54,066 bases of DNA from a virus (Duplodnaviria > Caudoviricetes). The stretch is taken from the IMG/VR virus record IMGVR_UViG_3300042519_001321, positions 1-54,066 of that record. One strand, 5' to 3'. Position 1 is the first letter of the stretch; each line of letters begins with the position of its first letter. This document shows, piece by piece, positions 28,201 to 43,200 of this stretch. Below the pieces are notes generated by a model that was given only the letters and a program-made list of their open reading frames with translations, did not search any database and had not been told where the DNA came from. The translations under genes were made by a program, and so were the position numbers.

Positions 28201-31200
28201 ATCACCACCAAATCCAGTTGTTGGCGCCAACACTGTTGCATTTGAACTACAACTTTCAGTGTTAGTAGTGGTTGTTGTTTGTTCAAAACCGCGAACAACG
28301 TGGAAGTCGCCTACACGCTTTAGTGTTCCGCCGCCGCAGCCGTTTTTAATTGCAATTGCGGTATCGCTACATGATCTAATTTTTAGACTTTCTATGCCAT
28401 CTGGATTTTTCTGTACTTGTGCGTCGACACCTGATTGATTACACTTGATTTGAGTAGCAATGTCTCGTGGTGTTGTTCCAGCAACAAATAGCACTCGTGC
28501 ATCATTAAAAAATAACTCTGTTCCTGCGGGTACTGTGGCAAGATCTCTCGAATCAATTAAGACTTCCGGAGTTGGTCTGTAAATGTTTGTTACTGCTGTT
28601 GGGCCTGCCGGGACAAGTTCACCGTTTGGTCCGTAGGTTAACGGAGTAATATTAATAGTAGGCACTCTTGTATATGTGATATTGTCAGTGTCTAACAAGC
28701 CATCTTCAACAGGTACCATAGCAGTAGTACCCAAATCTACTACAGCTTCATTAGTATTAGTTGCAAATGTAGCTGGGATTTCATTAAGCGTTGTAATTGT
28801 TACACCGTTGTTGGCGTCTACTGTGTCGGCACCAGTAGTAATGTTATTTACAGGAACACCATTTAGTGTTACAGATGTACCAACTCGCTTAGGTGCATAG
28901 TTAATATTACGTAGTGTTTGATTTAAATTACCTAGTGTTTTAGTGTTTGGTCTGTACCATGGCTGATCAACTATCTCATAGCTTCTAAGAGGTGTAGAAG
29001 TTCTAGAAACTACAGTTAGTTTTTTAGCTAGAGGAATAGTGAATCCGCCAGTTACACGTTGACTTGTTGCATTAACATATCTGCCGCTGTCTAATGACTC
29101 TGAGTAGCCATATTTTTGTGGATCAACAACTTGCTTTCTGATAGGAGTCTTAAAGCTAGCTGGCATAAAGTTATAACCAGTTAGGCCCTGTTGACTGTAG
29201 CCTGAGAAGTTTGCGCGATAGTTATTCCATCCGGCGTAATCGCGGCCGCTGCCAGTGTATAGTTCACTGTTAACGTTGATATCACCGTAGCCAGCAACGC
29301 TGCCGCCGCCGGGTGCAACACCAGCTGGTGTAGATGAAGGATTAAATGTTGCTGTATCTGGGCAGAGGCGTTGCATAACGGCTCTCATCACAGGATCTAA
29401 GTTTGTTAACTCTCCTGCACGGAACTTACCACAATCGTCTTCGGGACAACTGCGGCTTGCAAATTGTAATACACCACTGTAATCTGGGCCTTTGATGCTA
29501 ACACTAAAGTTACCGTCTTTTTCACCGTTACCATAAATGCCGCGGACGAAATACAACCCGCCGCCCTTTAAGTAAATGCTGCCGGTGGCTTTTCTGTTTG
29601 CGTGGAGACCGCCGTTTTTAACTATAGCATTTTGCCATGTGTAATTTTTATTGCCAAGCTCAGGGTGGTTGCCGTCTGACTTGTAATATTCATCACCAGA
29701 CAAATCATCTTTTGGAGATACCCAAAGCCATGAGCCGTCATCTGACTCCATTTCAAAGTTATAAGTACCCGATTTAGGTGCAAGGAAATAACCTTTAAAT
29801 TCAGTTGTAGAGTATTCAGTAACCGTACCACCCTGTAGCGCACCCAGTCTAACTTGTTGAACTTGTTTGGCGCCGCCGCCTACATAAGCTTGTCCGTCGA
29901 CACCGGCGCTGATCATGCTCTGTGTTGGGCGGCTATATGGGAAGTAAATGTTATCTTCGTTTGCGCCAAATGTACTGGTTTTCTTTTTCCATGAACCAAA
30001 GTAGCCTGCGCCGGCGGGTTTCTTCTTTTTACCAAAGAGAGCGCCAAGTAAACCGCCAATTACGGCACCTACCGCAATAACAACGCCAACTGGCGCAAAC
30101 AACACACCTGCTGACACTGCAAATCCTAAGCCAAAACCTGTGCCTGCAACTGCTAGCGCCGCCGCGCCGCCAAGTAATATAGTAGCACCAGCAGCAGCAC
30201 CAGCTAAGGAAGCAAATATTGAAGTACTCCTACTACTAGTATAAGTGTAACCAGTTATGATACCGCCTTCTTTGTATGCTCTAGAAGGTGATTCCATGCA
30301 GTTGTCGACGTTGATCTCATTTAATGCGACGTCAACTTCGTTAGGTGCATCAGCAAAGTATCTAACGAACAGTGCATATTTGCCTGTTTTATTAGCACTA
30401 CCCTTAGATACAGTGATTCGTACATATTGTCCTTGTGTACAATCTATTGTTCTGTTTAGGAAACCAAAACCACTAACACCTAAAACTTTTTTAGTTGTGG
30501 CGTTAGTTGCTCTTGCAGCAATAGCTCTATCGCTAGCGAACTTGTTCAACGGATTTTCTATCACTCGCTGAGTCAATACACCTAACGCATTTTCAGCTGG
30601 CTTGTAAATAATAGTGTTCAATCCTGGAATAGTATCAAACCCGTAGCGACCGATCTGACTGCCGTTAGTTTCAGCTAAAGTCGAAGGATCTGTTTGCGTA
30701 TCAATAATATAACGTTTTACCTCTTTAAAATCAGGTGTGTCTGACTGCTCAATTGTAATACCATTAACAGATTTAGTACCTGCGCCGTCGTCGTATGAGA
30801 AGTCAAAGATTAATAAGAAAGGATGCTTACCTTGAATATTAATAACATGTGTTTCATCGACCCCGACCGCATCTGTTTTTTCAGTTAGGAGACTTGTTTT
30901 AGGAACAGTTGGTCTTACAGTACATGCACCCATTATTTCGTTACGAGGTGGTACTGGATTCGGTGCACGGGCATCACACGCACTTGGAAGGTCTGATAAT
31001 ACACCACCTGTTAACACAGGAGCCGGAGGTGTTAAATTACGCTCATCAACTAGAGTGACTGCGCTGTAAGGAGTAGGTGTGCCTCTTCCGAACCCTGCGC
31101 CCAATCCTATCTGGCCTATACGTTGCGTAGCAGCACGAGGTGATACTCCTGTACGTACTTCATCATATCTAGGTCGTTCATCATCATCACCGGTTGATCC

Positions 31201-34200
31201 GCCACCTAAAGTTGGTTCTGGAGCAAATGCACCGTAACCTTCTGGTCCCGCATAACCTTCTGGTACAGTTTCACCAGGCAGCAACACACTGTCTGATATA
31301 ACATTCCGCCATCTTTCTCCGCCCCAGCCAGTGTCAGCAATTGGTCGTCTTAGCATTGCGTCAGCTGGAATTTCAGTTAAACGAATATATTTTACTCGAG
31401 CAATAGTGCCGTTGTAATCTTTGTATACAGGTGTTGGGTTCCCGTCATTATCAGGATTGTTGTAATCAAAACCAATCATCTGATTTACATAAGTATGCGG
31501 CTCGGTCCAGAAGCAAGCAACAAATATTTCGTCTGGACGAAGATTTGTTAAAGTTGTATCTGTTGGGTCGTGTATTGCATCTGCAAAAAGATCATATCCT
31601 GAATCAGGCGATTGTATTGGGTACACACTAAATTCTTTACCGTATTTAAATCGTGCTTGTCGAGTGCTCCATCCTTTTCCACTAGATCCTGGATACGGAT
31701 TTGTATCTTCTATAGAATTGAAGGTTGCGCCATCTCCAAATACCAGAGAGTCAGGCACATGATTATCGTTTTCGGAATAATACCCTCTGCCGAAACCCCA
31801 TGCAACATCTGCGCCGCCTGACCCTGGTAGCAAGCCCGGGCCTTCTGCGGCCGGTTCCCATTTACCTGGTGTTATACCTGGTTGCCACATGAAGAATGAA
31901 TTATGTCCAACTGTAAGAATAGCAATGATTGTTTCTGTGTCGGAAGTGGCACTTCCAACAACTGCACCTTCGGGCATAAACCTAAAGTTAGCGTACTTGT
32001 CAGTGCCGTTTCCACCTTTAACCGCAAATGGTTCAGGAATGATTTGCTTTCCTACATAAAATGCAGGCTCAACTGGAGGTATTTCGATGTACTTGAAGTT
32101 CTTAGCTCGGTCATTTCTAGTTGCAGCCCATTTAATACCAGCTGGAGCAGATGAATCAGTGCCGCCAATTGTGTAATACACAGTTTCAGTAAGTAAACCG
32201 TTAAAGCCGTTGTATGCACTTACAGTAGCAAAATAATCGTATGCAAAAGGTAAATCAGCTGGCACAACATCTACAAGTATATAATACACAGTACCTGCAT
32301 TGTTTTGTACAGCTTCATAAACTTCGAATTGCCATACTTCACTAGTTTTTAGTCTCCAACGCGAGTATGTAACTGAGCTGTAAACCACAGTTTCATCCAT
32401 ATTGTATTGAGACCATTTAACTGCTTTAGTAGCAGGATCAATCGGATTAGATTCTGCGGTTCCAGGAATAATTTTTAGTACATTCGCACCATCTGTATGA
32501 CCTCGAGGCAATGCTGGCTTGCTAACTGCATTTTCGATAGTTCTGTTACCCTCATCAGTAACATTATTTCTAGAATCCTCTGAGCCGTCGCTTATGCTCG
32601 AATTAGTAGAGAGTTCAAACTCTAGTCCTGATGCTGATGATCCGCTGATTGTTTCGTAATTCGGAATGTACTTACGTAAGGTTATGTCCCAATAATACAT
32701 AACACCGTTTGAATCAGTGTATCGCATACCTTTGAGCGGGCCTACATATACCGGGCCTGTGTCAAAATTAGGATCGCGACGGTATTCTACTGCATCTGAA
32801 ATTTTCATTTCGCCTGCAACTTTTGTAGAACCCGAATTACCCACTAAATCAATTAAAGATTGTTCATCTCTTACGTATGGACCGTAATTGTGAATCTCGC
32901 TAGCCGTAGTTTTAATATCAGTATCTGGAATGCGAACCGGAGTCTTAAAGTCATTTAGCATATTAAATGATACATTAAGCTTTCCGCTTCTATCTTGTGT
33001 AACAGCAGATCTTCTTAGCCTAATTGCACGATTAATACTCTCAATCATGCCCTCCGGATTGTTGTAGCTACCGATATTGATAACAGAATTGTTTAAAGTT
33101 ACCTTAGTGTGGTCAACTGTGGTAAGAACTGGATATCTAAAATCTGTTGAGATTGGTTCTCTGATAATTACAAAACCAGTAGAAATATTAGCATCTTCAC
33201 TAAGAATAGTATTCTTAAAGGTAATTGTTGTATTTGACAAGTTTTCGTTGATATAATAATCACCCGCCATAACAGGTTGAGTATTTGATGCATACAGTAC
33301 CGTAGTTGCAGCAAGTATTGGACGTCTTGCAATTGTAAATGTGTTCGCACTAATATTTGCAAAGCCACTAGCAACATCAAAATATACACTTGTTGTATCG
33401 TTAACAGCAAAGTCATCTAATACGTTGATGGTATCGCTGCCTACAGAAGTAATTCTGTAAACTTTGTTGTAAATTTTTGGTGTTGCAAAGTGTACAGCAA
33501 CACGTTTGTTTAGATCCACAGAACTCTTTGTGATACCATGTGGGTCAGTAGTTTTAATCTGCATACCTCTTCTAACAATAGTACCAGTTATTTTGTCATC
33601 AGTGGTATACGGAGACGAAATAATAACAGTGTTTGCTTCAGGTGCAGAAACAATTGAATATGCTCCAGTCCATGCATTAGCATAAACCTTAACAACATCT
33701 CCAGGATTTAAGTTATGCGCTGAACTTGTTACTAATTTAGTTAAGTTCATATGTCGGACATCAATAACGTTTGGTCTAGTAGCAGTAATAGTAACATTAC
33801 CAACCGTTTGACTGTTAGAAACAAGCCATGATAAGTTACTACCAGAAGTAATAACCGTATCTGCGGCTATTCCTGCACCGCTTAGACGCATTCCTCTTTC
33901 AATAATCCCACCTGTTACAGCATTAACTGTTAGAACAGTACCAGTAATAGAACCGTTAAATGTAGCAGTTTTTTCAATTACTCCAGGTAGTTCAATAGTA
34001 AACGCATTAGTAGTAGCATTTGATGCTACATAGTGATTTGATATATTACCATAACTAACAAAAGTCGATGTAATGTAGCGCACATTACCCAACCCAGATA
34101 CTACATTTGCATCTTCAAAATAATCACTTTCAATTACAAAGGTATTTGCACTAACATTCTTACTCTTTACATAGTAAATGTTGCCATTGGCAGTGCTGTC

Positions 34201-37200
34201 ACCATCACATAGTAATGTTACAAAACTAGGAGCTGTTACGAATGTAATGTTAGCACTGCTAACAGTAACATTGCCTACGCTATTAAAAGTCACATTAGCG
34301 TTAAAGGTGTAATCAGTTGATTCACCTGCTACTAGCTGCACAGCATCACCGTTACGAATATCAGAGTTAGTAATACCCGAAATTGTAACAACATTGCTTG
34401 GGCTCGAAGCACTTGCTGTTGCTCCTCTGTACACTTTTGAAGATACAGGTAGAATATTTTGAATGGTGATTAAGCTTTCTGGGTGTGGTCCGATGCTCTT
34501 GATTCTAGCCTCAATCATCTTAGGTGGTTGAGGATCCTTAATTAACGCTTTCTTCTGTTGTACAATTGTTTCGTTGGTCCAGATAACCACGCTATCGCTG
34601 ACATTAGCGTTCTTTAGTGTTAAGTAATAATCCATGTACTTAGATGTATTGTCGTTACCAATTAAGTTAGTATCTAAGTAAGCAAATAAACTTCTATCTG
34701 TGTATAAAACTGCTTCGTTACTGCCGGGTTTATTTTCTACAAAAGATGTTCTAGAACCAATAGACTGTAGTCTATATACATTCCAATTTTTAGACTCATC
34801 TTCGGCCATATGAATCAAGCTACCGCCTGCAGGTTTGATTATGATATTAGTATCAAACAAGTCAGGTAAGCTAGCAATATCATATGCCATAAAGTTAACG
34901 TTTGCAGGGTTTACGTAACCTGCATTTGGAATTGTAGGATATTTTTCTGTGGTCAACCCGTAAGAATCAACATTTGTTAATGTTGGCCATAGATTGTTCT
35001 CTCTGCTTCCAGTAGGTTTTCTTAAGAAACGTGACGAATCGTCGATGTCAATTAAAATAATATCATCATCAGTTGCATCAGGTGTGATTTCGTAATTACG
35101 TCTTGTGCCTAGTTTGATTGCGATATGATCGTGTGTTTCAACTTTAATGTTTAACGTACTTCCAGTAATATCGCCCTTGTATGCATTTGTAAAGTCAATT
35201 GTGCCTTTTTCTACTACAAAAACGTTTGACTGACTTGCTAGTACAAAACGAGACGTCTTTGTAGCTGGATTAGGCAGCGATGTTAACACCGAAGTTGGTA
35301 GTAATGAGATATTAGCAAATTCAACTGTTGAAGCAGTAAGGGTATATACTATTTCTTCTGGGCTGTTTTGGATTAAAACACCGTTAACATAAACATCCAC
35401 GAACGGATAGTTATTGTTACTAATAGTGGTATAATTTTCATTAGCAATAGTTGTATTGCCGTTAACTAACCCAGTGTTTAGAAGTACAGTTAGTGGATTG
35501 TTCTGATCGGCAACTGCTGCGGTAGTAATTTGCCATCTATCACCGGCATCATAGTCCCAAGATGCGGCGCCTAGTACCGAATTATTAACACTAACAGTAA
35601 CATCTGCCTTCACTGTGTTATTTGCTACTTCAAAGCCATAGCGTTGGCGAGGCTCGTAGCGGTAGCCGCTACCTACTGTGTTAGTATAGTTAACACCGTT
35701 TTGATAAACATTAACTGCGGAATTTAAGTGTAGATTAGCAGAAGCACTGTTAATAGTAAAACCGTTACCTCTTAGTTCTAGTGTATATTTGTCAACCGTA
35801 GCATTGCCGCCGTCAAGTACATCACTTCTAATAGCAATAGCAGTAACGCCTGCGTTTGCACTGTTAATAGCGTTAACTAGACTGTTGATGTTTGAAATTC
35901 CAGTTGATAAATTAACAGTAGTTGTTACGTTACTTGATCCTGAAAAATCAGTAATTGTTAAATTACCTGTTAGGCTTGCACTAGATGTACTAACGTATTC
36001 TGTGCTGTACGCACGGACTGTTTCAAATGCTGTTTCTTCTAAATCAACAACTATTTCACCTGCAATAACTGTTACACCTACAATTTCACCATAGCCCGAA
36101 CCCGGATTTGTCACCGTTATCGCGCCAAGCTCTCCTGCACTATTAAGTGTAGCAGCGGCAGTGGCTCTTACACCATTACTTTGTACTGGGGCAGAAATAA
36201 TAATTTGTGGAACATTAAAGTATTTGTGCTTGCGTTCCAATACTTCAATCTTTTCTACAATATTAGTTGTGTCTTCCGGGAAAGCAAGAGTAAACAATTG
36301 TGGATCTTGCACTTGATCAATTTTATCAAATTTTAGTTCAATTGCTTGATCCTGATTTGTATCACCAAAATCAGCTACACGTAATGCCCATTCATCGTAA
36401 ACATTAATCTCACTTGCTGGCGAGCGTGAAAGTGCAGGAACAATAGTACCTATGCGCTCTAAGCTAGTAGTTGTTCCTTTGCTTTGTAGCATACCTGTAT
36501 AAAAATCATATTGCTGATCATCGATGATATCTAGTTCAGTCAGATATTGCTTTTGTTCGAAACCAAATACTGCGCGGCTTGCTTCATACAGTTGTTTTTC
36601 TACAGGAATGAATCCTAATTCATGATAGCGGCCTAAGCTTTCAGCCATGTTGTCTAAGTTAGGCTTTAAGCTATCACCTTCAATAACAAAGCCCTGACTT
36701 AGGAATCTACCATCCCAGCCTGCTGTTCTAGTTGCTTTAATCTTTAGTCTAGTATGGCCCTGATTTATAACAGGGTTAAAAATAACATCGTTGAACTGAG
36801 TAACATTATCTATAACAAATGCGTGCTCAATTTCTTTGGTAAAGAGTACCACACCATAAATTTGCTCACCTTCTGGCGGTACAATTTCGATAGTGTTATC
36901 TTGGCGAACAATCTCACAGTCTGTAGGATTAATTGCAACACCGTTTTGGTTTACAATATTGAACTGTGAACGGTCTGTTCTATTGATTTTTGCAATGAAA
37001 CCTCGTGGTGCAACAAATGTGACTTTGTTAGCCATTGGACTAAGTTCCAATGTATTGCCGATTTCCCAAACACCTGTGGTCCAGAACAATAACTGTTTTG
37101 CAGCATAAGCCCAATCGCGTACTTCACCGATAGTCTCGTCAAAGTTACCAAATGTGTAACCCTGTGATTCATGATATCTGCCTAGGCTAATTAAAAAGTC

Positions 37201-40200
37201 AAATAAGTCTTCTGTATTATCGTATACAGTTTCATAATCAACTTTAATAATAGTGCCTGTTGTCTGCTGATATAGTGTACCGGTAGCAGCACCAATTTGT
37301 GGTAGTGCGCCTAGTCTTCTCCACTTAGCAGCATCAAAAGTAGTACCAGTCTTAAATGTTTCTCTTGCAGAATAGTATGCACCTTTATAGCGTATAATTG
37401 TGCCGTCTTTGTAGGTAGTATTCTGTGAATAATCTACAAACTGAGCTGGCGAGCCGCCGACACTAATACGTTCTCTGCCTTTATTCTTATCACTTTGTAA
37501 TGTATTAAAGTAACCTAGGTTTTTATCGTAACCTCTTACTTTATAACCTTCAGATGTCTTTTCAATTATGACGCCACTGTAGAAGTTTCTTGACTTGTAT
37601 GGTGAACCATGGATGTTCACTGTAATATTTTCATGCGGGATGATTAAGCTAGTAGCACTACCTTCATTGCTGTACTGGTCGGTACGTAAAGTCATAGTGT
37701 CTTTGTCAATAAAGCCACTCATTCTATGACCAAGTTTAGTATTTAGGCTGCGTACCTTGGTGATGAAGTCGCTCTCTGGTGACAGCCCCTGGAATCGTAA
37801 CCATGAGTTAATAAATTGGGTATATCCGATGTTGGTAATGAAATTACCGTTAACGTCTTTGTCGCCATGAATCTCAAAATCTGTAGCAGATGTAAAGATC
37901 CAGGGATAATTTGTGTTAACTGACAATTTGTATTTTTTGTTTGCTGCTGGTCTGTAAAGTTTTGTAGGATCAGCAAATTCTGTGGCAAACTTACCAGGTC
38001 TTGCTAGTAATAGTGCTTCAGTTACAGCAAACGGATATACTTCTGAATATTTCCAAGCATTTTCAGCAGGTGCGCCATCGCCAAACTTCCAGCTATCATT
38101 TCTTGCATCTGTTGTACCAAACGTAATCTGCAATGTGCTGGTTAGTGCAGGAGTAGCAGCTACTACACTGCCGCTGCTTAATGTATTATTGCTTAGGTCT
38201 TGTGCTGCTGCGTAGTACTGACCGGCCCATGTTTTAGTTGATGAACTGTGAGTAGCATAGCCGCCGCCAATTGCATATGGGAACATTGGCTTACCAGTAT
38301 TATCTACAGTTACAACATAGTATCGAATTTTAGTAGTTGGACTATCTGGGGTGAACCCGTAGCGTAAGTTGAACTGATTTGTATAGCCCGGTTGGCCTGA
38401 TTTTGTTGCATCAATTTCGTAGTCCTCAACGAACATACCAGTATATGCGCCTCCAGGTGCAACTGATCGCGTACCTTGGCGTAATGCCCAAGGACTTTTA
38501 ATGTTAACAATGTCACTAGTAATATCTTCAGGGTTAGTATAACCATATGGGCCGTAAATTGGGAGGCCGTCAAATGCCCAGCCAACTATAGGACTATGTG
38601 TTGTGCTGTCCCACTTTAGTGCGCCGTCTTCTTCAACAACACCTGCTGTTAGCCCAACTACATCAGGGGTAATAGCGTGATAATGGAATAACCCGCCTAC
38701 AGTACTATGACTGAATGTAGCAAGTTCGTTATAATCATCAATAGTGCCGTTGTTATAGTGCCAAACACCTCGATCATCCCAACTTTTAATTGATTTAGGC
38801 GTGTATAACGAAACCCCGTTAACTAGAACAGCTACAGCATAGTTAGGCATAGCTGTTGGTGAACTAGATACTAGATTTAGGTTAACGTTTGGAATGTTGT
38901 AGGACACATCCTGTTCTTGAATAGGTCCGAAGCCTACTGCATTTGTTTCAACATCAACATTATGGTTAGTAATGTTACGTCCAGCAATATAGATATTGCT
39001 GTTGCTATAAGTTACATTTAAACCATTTACGGTTAATAAAGTATTTGATTTTAGACTAGAAGAAGTATGAAAATTACCTACTGTTACATTTGCTCTGCTG
39101 TTTGACCAAATCGATGTCTTAGTAGTTGTACCAGTGGTGATAATATCTTTAGGAGTTATTAGTTCGCCATTTGCATCTACCGGTAGTACACGATGTAGTC
39201 CTTCTCTGCGATAAGGATTGTTAATTAAATATGCATCAGCAGTTAGATTCTCTCTAGTACCACTACGGATGATGCCTTCTTCTAAGTCATCCCACATAGC
39301 AGTGTTAGCACTGCTGTAATCTGTACCGTACTGATTATCCCACCATAGTGGCTTTTCAAAGAATGCAAGCATTTCCCATGGATGGGTATGCGGTCTTACC
39401 GTATCATAATAATGTTCGTACCATCCTCTCCAGTGACCTGGGAGATTAGTGTTACCGCGATAGTTCCAAGTCCATTCGTTGCTGTCGCTGTAGAATTCGT
39501 TAGTTACAAAGTCAATCTTTTGTGTCAAGGCCCAATTTGAGAAATAGTATCTCATTAGACTAGACCATTCTGTAGTATCGTAACCTGTTTCTCTAAATGC
39601 GCCGGGCTTTAGTGTATAGATGTTTAATTCTGGTAATGCGTTAGCTTCACGGAATTCAGCCTTAGCACTGTTGAACACTCGCTTTTCAAATTCAAGTAAA
39701 ATGTCATCACGGCGGTCGCCGGACAATGTAGTCTTGCTACCATCATGTCCTACTAGTACCCGAATTGGTGTTTGGAAACTGTTATCAATTTCGATGCGTG
39801 GTTCAGATAGAGGATACATACCTAGCATACTAGGCGTTGGCGGACACTGTGCGCTGTCGCGTTCGTCGTTATAAAGTTTAAGTACGATTTCGTCATCTAA
39901 ATCAACACTAACCGAACTTGTTAACACAACAGTGATAGGATTGAAACTAGTAATTGTATAATCTTTGTCAACATTTAACAGTGTTGTTTCAAATGTATCA
40001 GCATTAACGTGATATACTAATAAGCTGTTTTCAATCTTGTTTAGATCAGTAAAATTAGCCGATACAAATTCAGTAGTGTTAACATCGTTAATTTCAAAAC
40101 GTTCCTCGAGATAATTATCACCATAAGGAATTACATATGTTCTGTTGAACACTTCTCTGCCAACGTTGAAAGAGGTAATATTTTGTAGTACTTTTTCTAA

Positions 40201-43200
40201 AATAAATTCGTTTGAAAGACCGTTAGTGTCGAATAATGTGTAATATGCACTGATTTCTTTCTTTAATCGTGCTTTATATTTCATGTATTCTTCAGCATTA
40301 AATCTAATAGCATCTACTAGATTATGTGGTTGATCGTCTAACAGCAATGCACCCAAAATTACGTCTTGATCGGTAACAACAATATCTGTAGCGTATGCTA
40401 CATCTTTGGGTGTACTTGAGAAATTATTAACTTGTAGCGCATCGCCTTCAAAACCTACTTGATGCTCCATGTAGTTTTTAAAGTGTTGTGTAAACTCAGG
40501 CGATGATGTAGCTGTTATTTCTTCGTTAGTAACATTGGTTTTCCAACTTAAAGGTAGTTCAAATTTACTAATAGCTTTGTCACTTACTATCAATTGACCT
40601 GCGTTAGAAAACGCACTGATTTCAATAAAATCACCGTTTGCAAAGTCGAATCTATCGAATACTACATAACCGTCGTTGAATACTCCGTACTGCCAATCGG
40701 TTCGTTTAATACCATTTACATATACATCGACATCGTAACTGTTATCTGACTTTAGATCTGGCACGCATCCAATCCAAAATTCTCTACGAGCATTATCAAT
40801 ATCAAATCGGTCAATAGTATAAGTTGATACTAATCGCTGACGTGCAGGGCGATCTGACGGTACCATCATTGACAGTAATTCATGCTCACCATTGAGCTCT
40901 AACTTATAGAATTTATATCCTTCTGTGCTTATTTGATTTCCACCAAATGGTTGATATGTATGTGAATATTTTGCTTGTGACATATCGACAGTAAATTCGA
41001 TCTCACTGCTTGCTTTAAATCCAATCCACGAAAGCGGGAATCCTAACACATTATCATCGGCACCGGTACCTAATGTGTATGAGAAGATTTTATTGCCTTC
41101 AAAATTATTATTAGGATACTTGCCGTTGTCACCTAAGTAGTCGCCTGCTGTATCATATAAGTTAAACAGCGGTGCTTGATTGGTACTTACTTTTCTTTGG
41201 CATAGTTCTAAACCGGTAGGCGTAAATCTATATTCTGTACCAATATTTTCAGCACCAGAACGAACTAAGATTACATCATCGACGCTTAATTCCCAAGGCA
41301 CAAAGTTAAAATCACCATCTACTGCACCGATCGGATTTAATTCTGGGTGCGGTGCTCTAACAACAGCAATTGTTTCTGAGTCTAAATCTGTAAACGCAAC
41401 ATAAACATATTTTGCGACATCTGATTGCTCATTTGGGAAAATAATACTTTGACGTTCGATCGGTGTGCTGTCAATCAACAATCCTGTTGGTTTCCCGCGA
41501 ACTTCATCAATAGTATATTGCGTACATGCAACTATTACACTGCCAGCACCACGCTTACCGTGATTATATAGTTCTAGGCTGCGATCGAATTCGATGATTG
41601 GTCGTTCTGCACGGAAACGTCTATTTGGCAACTGCATACCAGCATCTTTGAAGTTATCTCGGTGATACCAAAAGTTGATTGTGCTCCAAATATTTTTGTT
41701 TTCAGCCCCACGCTGTATTGTTAGATATTCTGGTGGGCTCGCATTTAATCCTGCGTCCCATAGTGAGTCGCCATCAAATTCGTCGTCGTCTAAATCATTT
41801 CTATCGTATGACCATCGGCCGCCCATTAAGTAGTATTCACCGTTAGCAGGATTAATACCTAAACGTGATCCTGCAGGATAACCTGTAAACTGTGTAGTGG
41901 TTGCAAGTGTTTGCGCTTTGTTAACCGTCCATGTGCTGCCTGATCCTGATACAATAATAGTATGCGGCAATATGCCCGATGCTGAAAGAACCATTCCTAC
42001 TTTAACTGTTCCGCCGCCATCTAAGTCAACTACAGATAGTGTAGTGCCAGAAATAGTTAAGTTTCCTATTACAGGAGTTCCTTCCCATTCGTAGTTTACT
42101 TCTGCAATGAAATCTCTGCCAGCAAAAGTTAGTGCCGGATCTGCTGTTACAACATCACGTTCCAACTCAACTGCATTTGAAAGTACTACTGTTGGCTTAA
42201 CCGTAAATGTTTCAGGGAATGTGTGCGGGGTGTTGTTTGCAACATCAACCCTATAAGTTCCTGTACTACCAGCTGAACCAGTAAGTTGTGAAACGATCTT
42301 AGTTTTGTAAACAATATCGTCATGATGTAACATCATACCTGCTGCTAATGAACCATCATTTACTGCTGTCACAGTAAATGTGGTCGATTTCTTAATAAAG
42401 CCTTGACTATTATTTCCAGTGTCACCTGGAGATGAAGTTACAACATTACCAAGTTCTTTTAGTTGGAATCTGTTAGAGTCAACAACTAATACTTGATATC
42501 TTCCGCCGATAAGAATGTTACTAATAGGTGTGCTGCCACCGGCGTCATAAACAACTTCGTCATCGGTAGTTAGTCCGTGATTTGGATATGTAAATGTTCC
42601 TGTTGTGGGGTTTACATTTGCGGTAGGAACTGTTAAGTATGTACCAAAATAACCTTCTACTTCTGCACCGTTAAATTTTGCAGATACTATGCCGCTGGCA
42701 ACGCCATTAACGCTTTGACTAACTCTAACATTAGCAGGATCAGTTGTTAAGAAAATATCTGCTGTAACAACTACATTACTACTACTAGTAAAAGTGTTTG
42801 CAGTGTCAATATCATATGCAATATTAATATCTGTTAGTTCAACTCCTACAAAACCGGTGTATCCCTGACCTGGGTCACTGACTGGGATGCTTGTGATCGC
42901 ACCGTTTGCAGCAACGTTCGCTGTTGCTACTGCAACATTGACGTTAGAACCTGTTATGCTAACTGTTGGATTTACATACCCAATGCCCTGACTTACAACT
43001 GTGACGCTAGAAACATTACCAGCTTGGTGTGCAATATCTGGATGATTAAGAGGGAAGTATGATCCGTCGTACGGTGCATCTACAGGTGTAGAAAACACAG
43101 TTTGGAATTGGTTACGTCTCGGAACAAAATAAATGCCTTGGCCTACACCTTGTACAATATAGTCAATCTCTAATTCGCTACTAGGAATTACATACTGACC

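Noticed and set aside
1344-42094. Numerous 60-140 aa antisense or alternate-frame ORFs inside long genes
   Set aside because: Fully nested in well-supported CDSs, with no RBS or recognisable motifs; expected by chance from codon bias.
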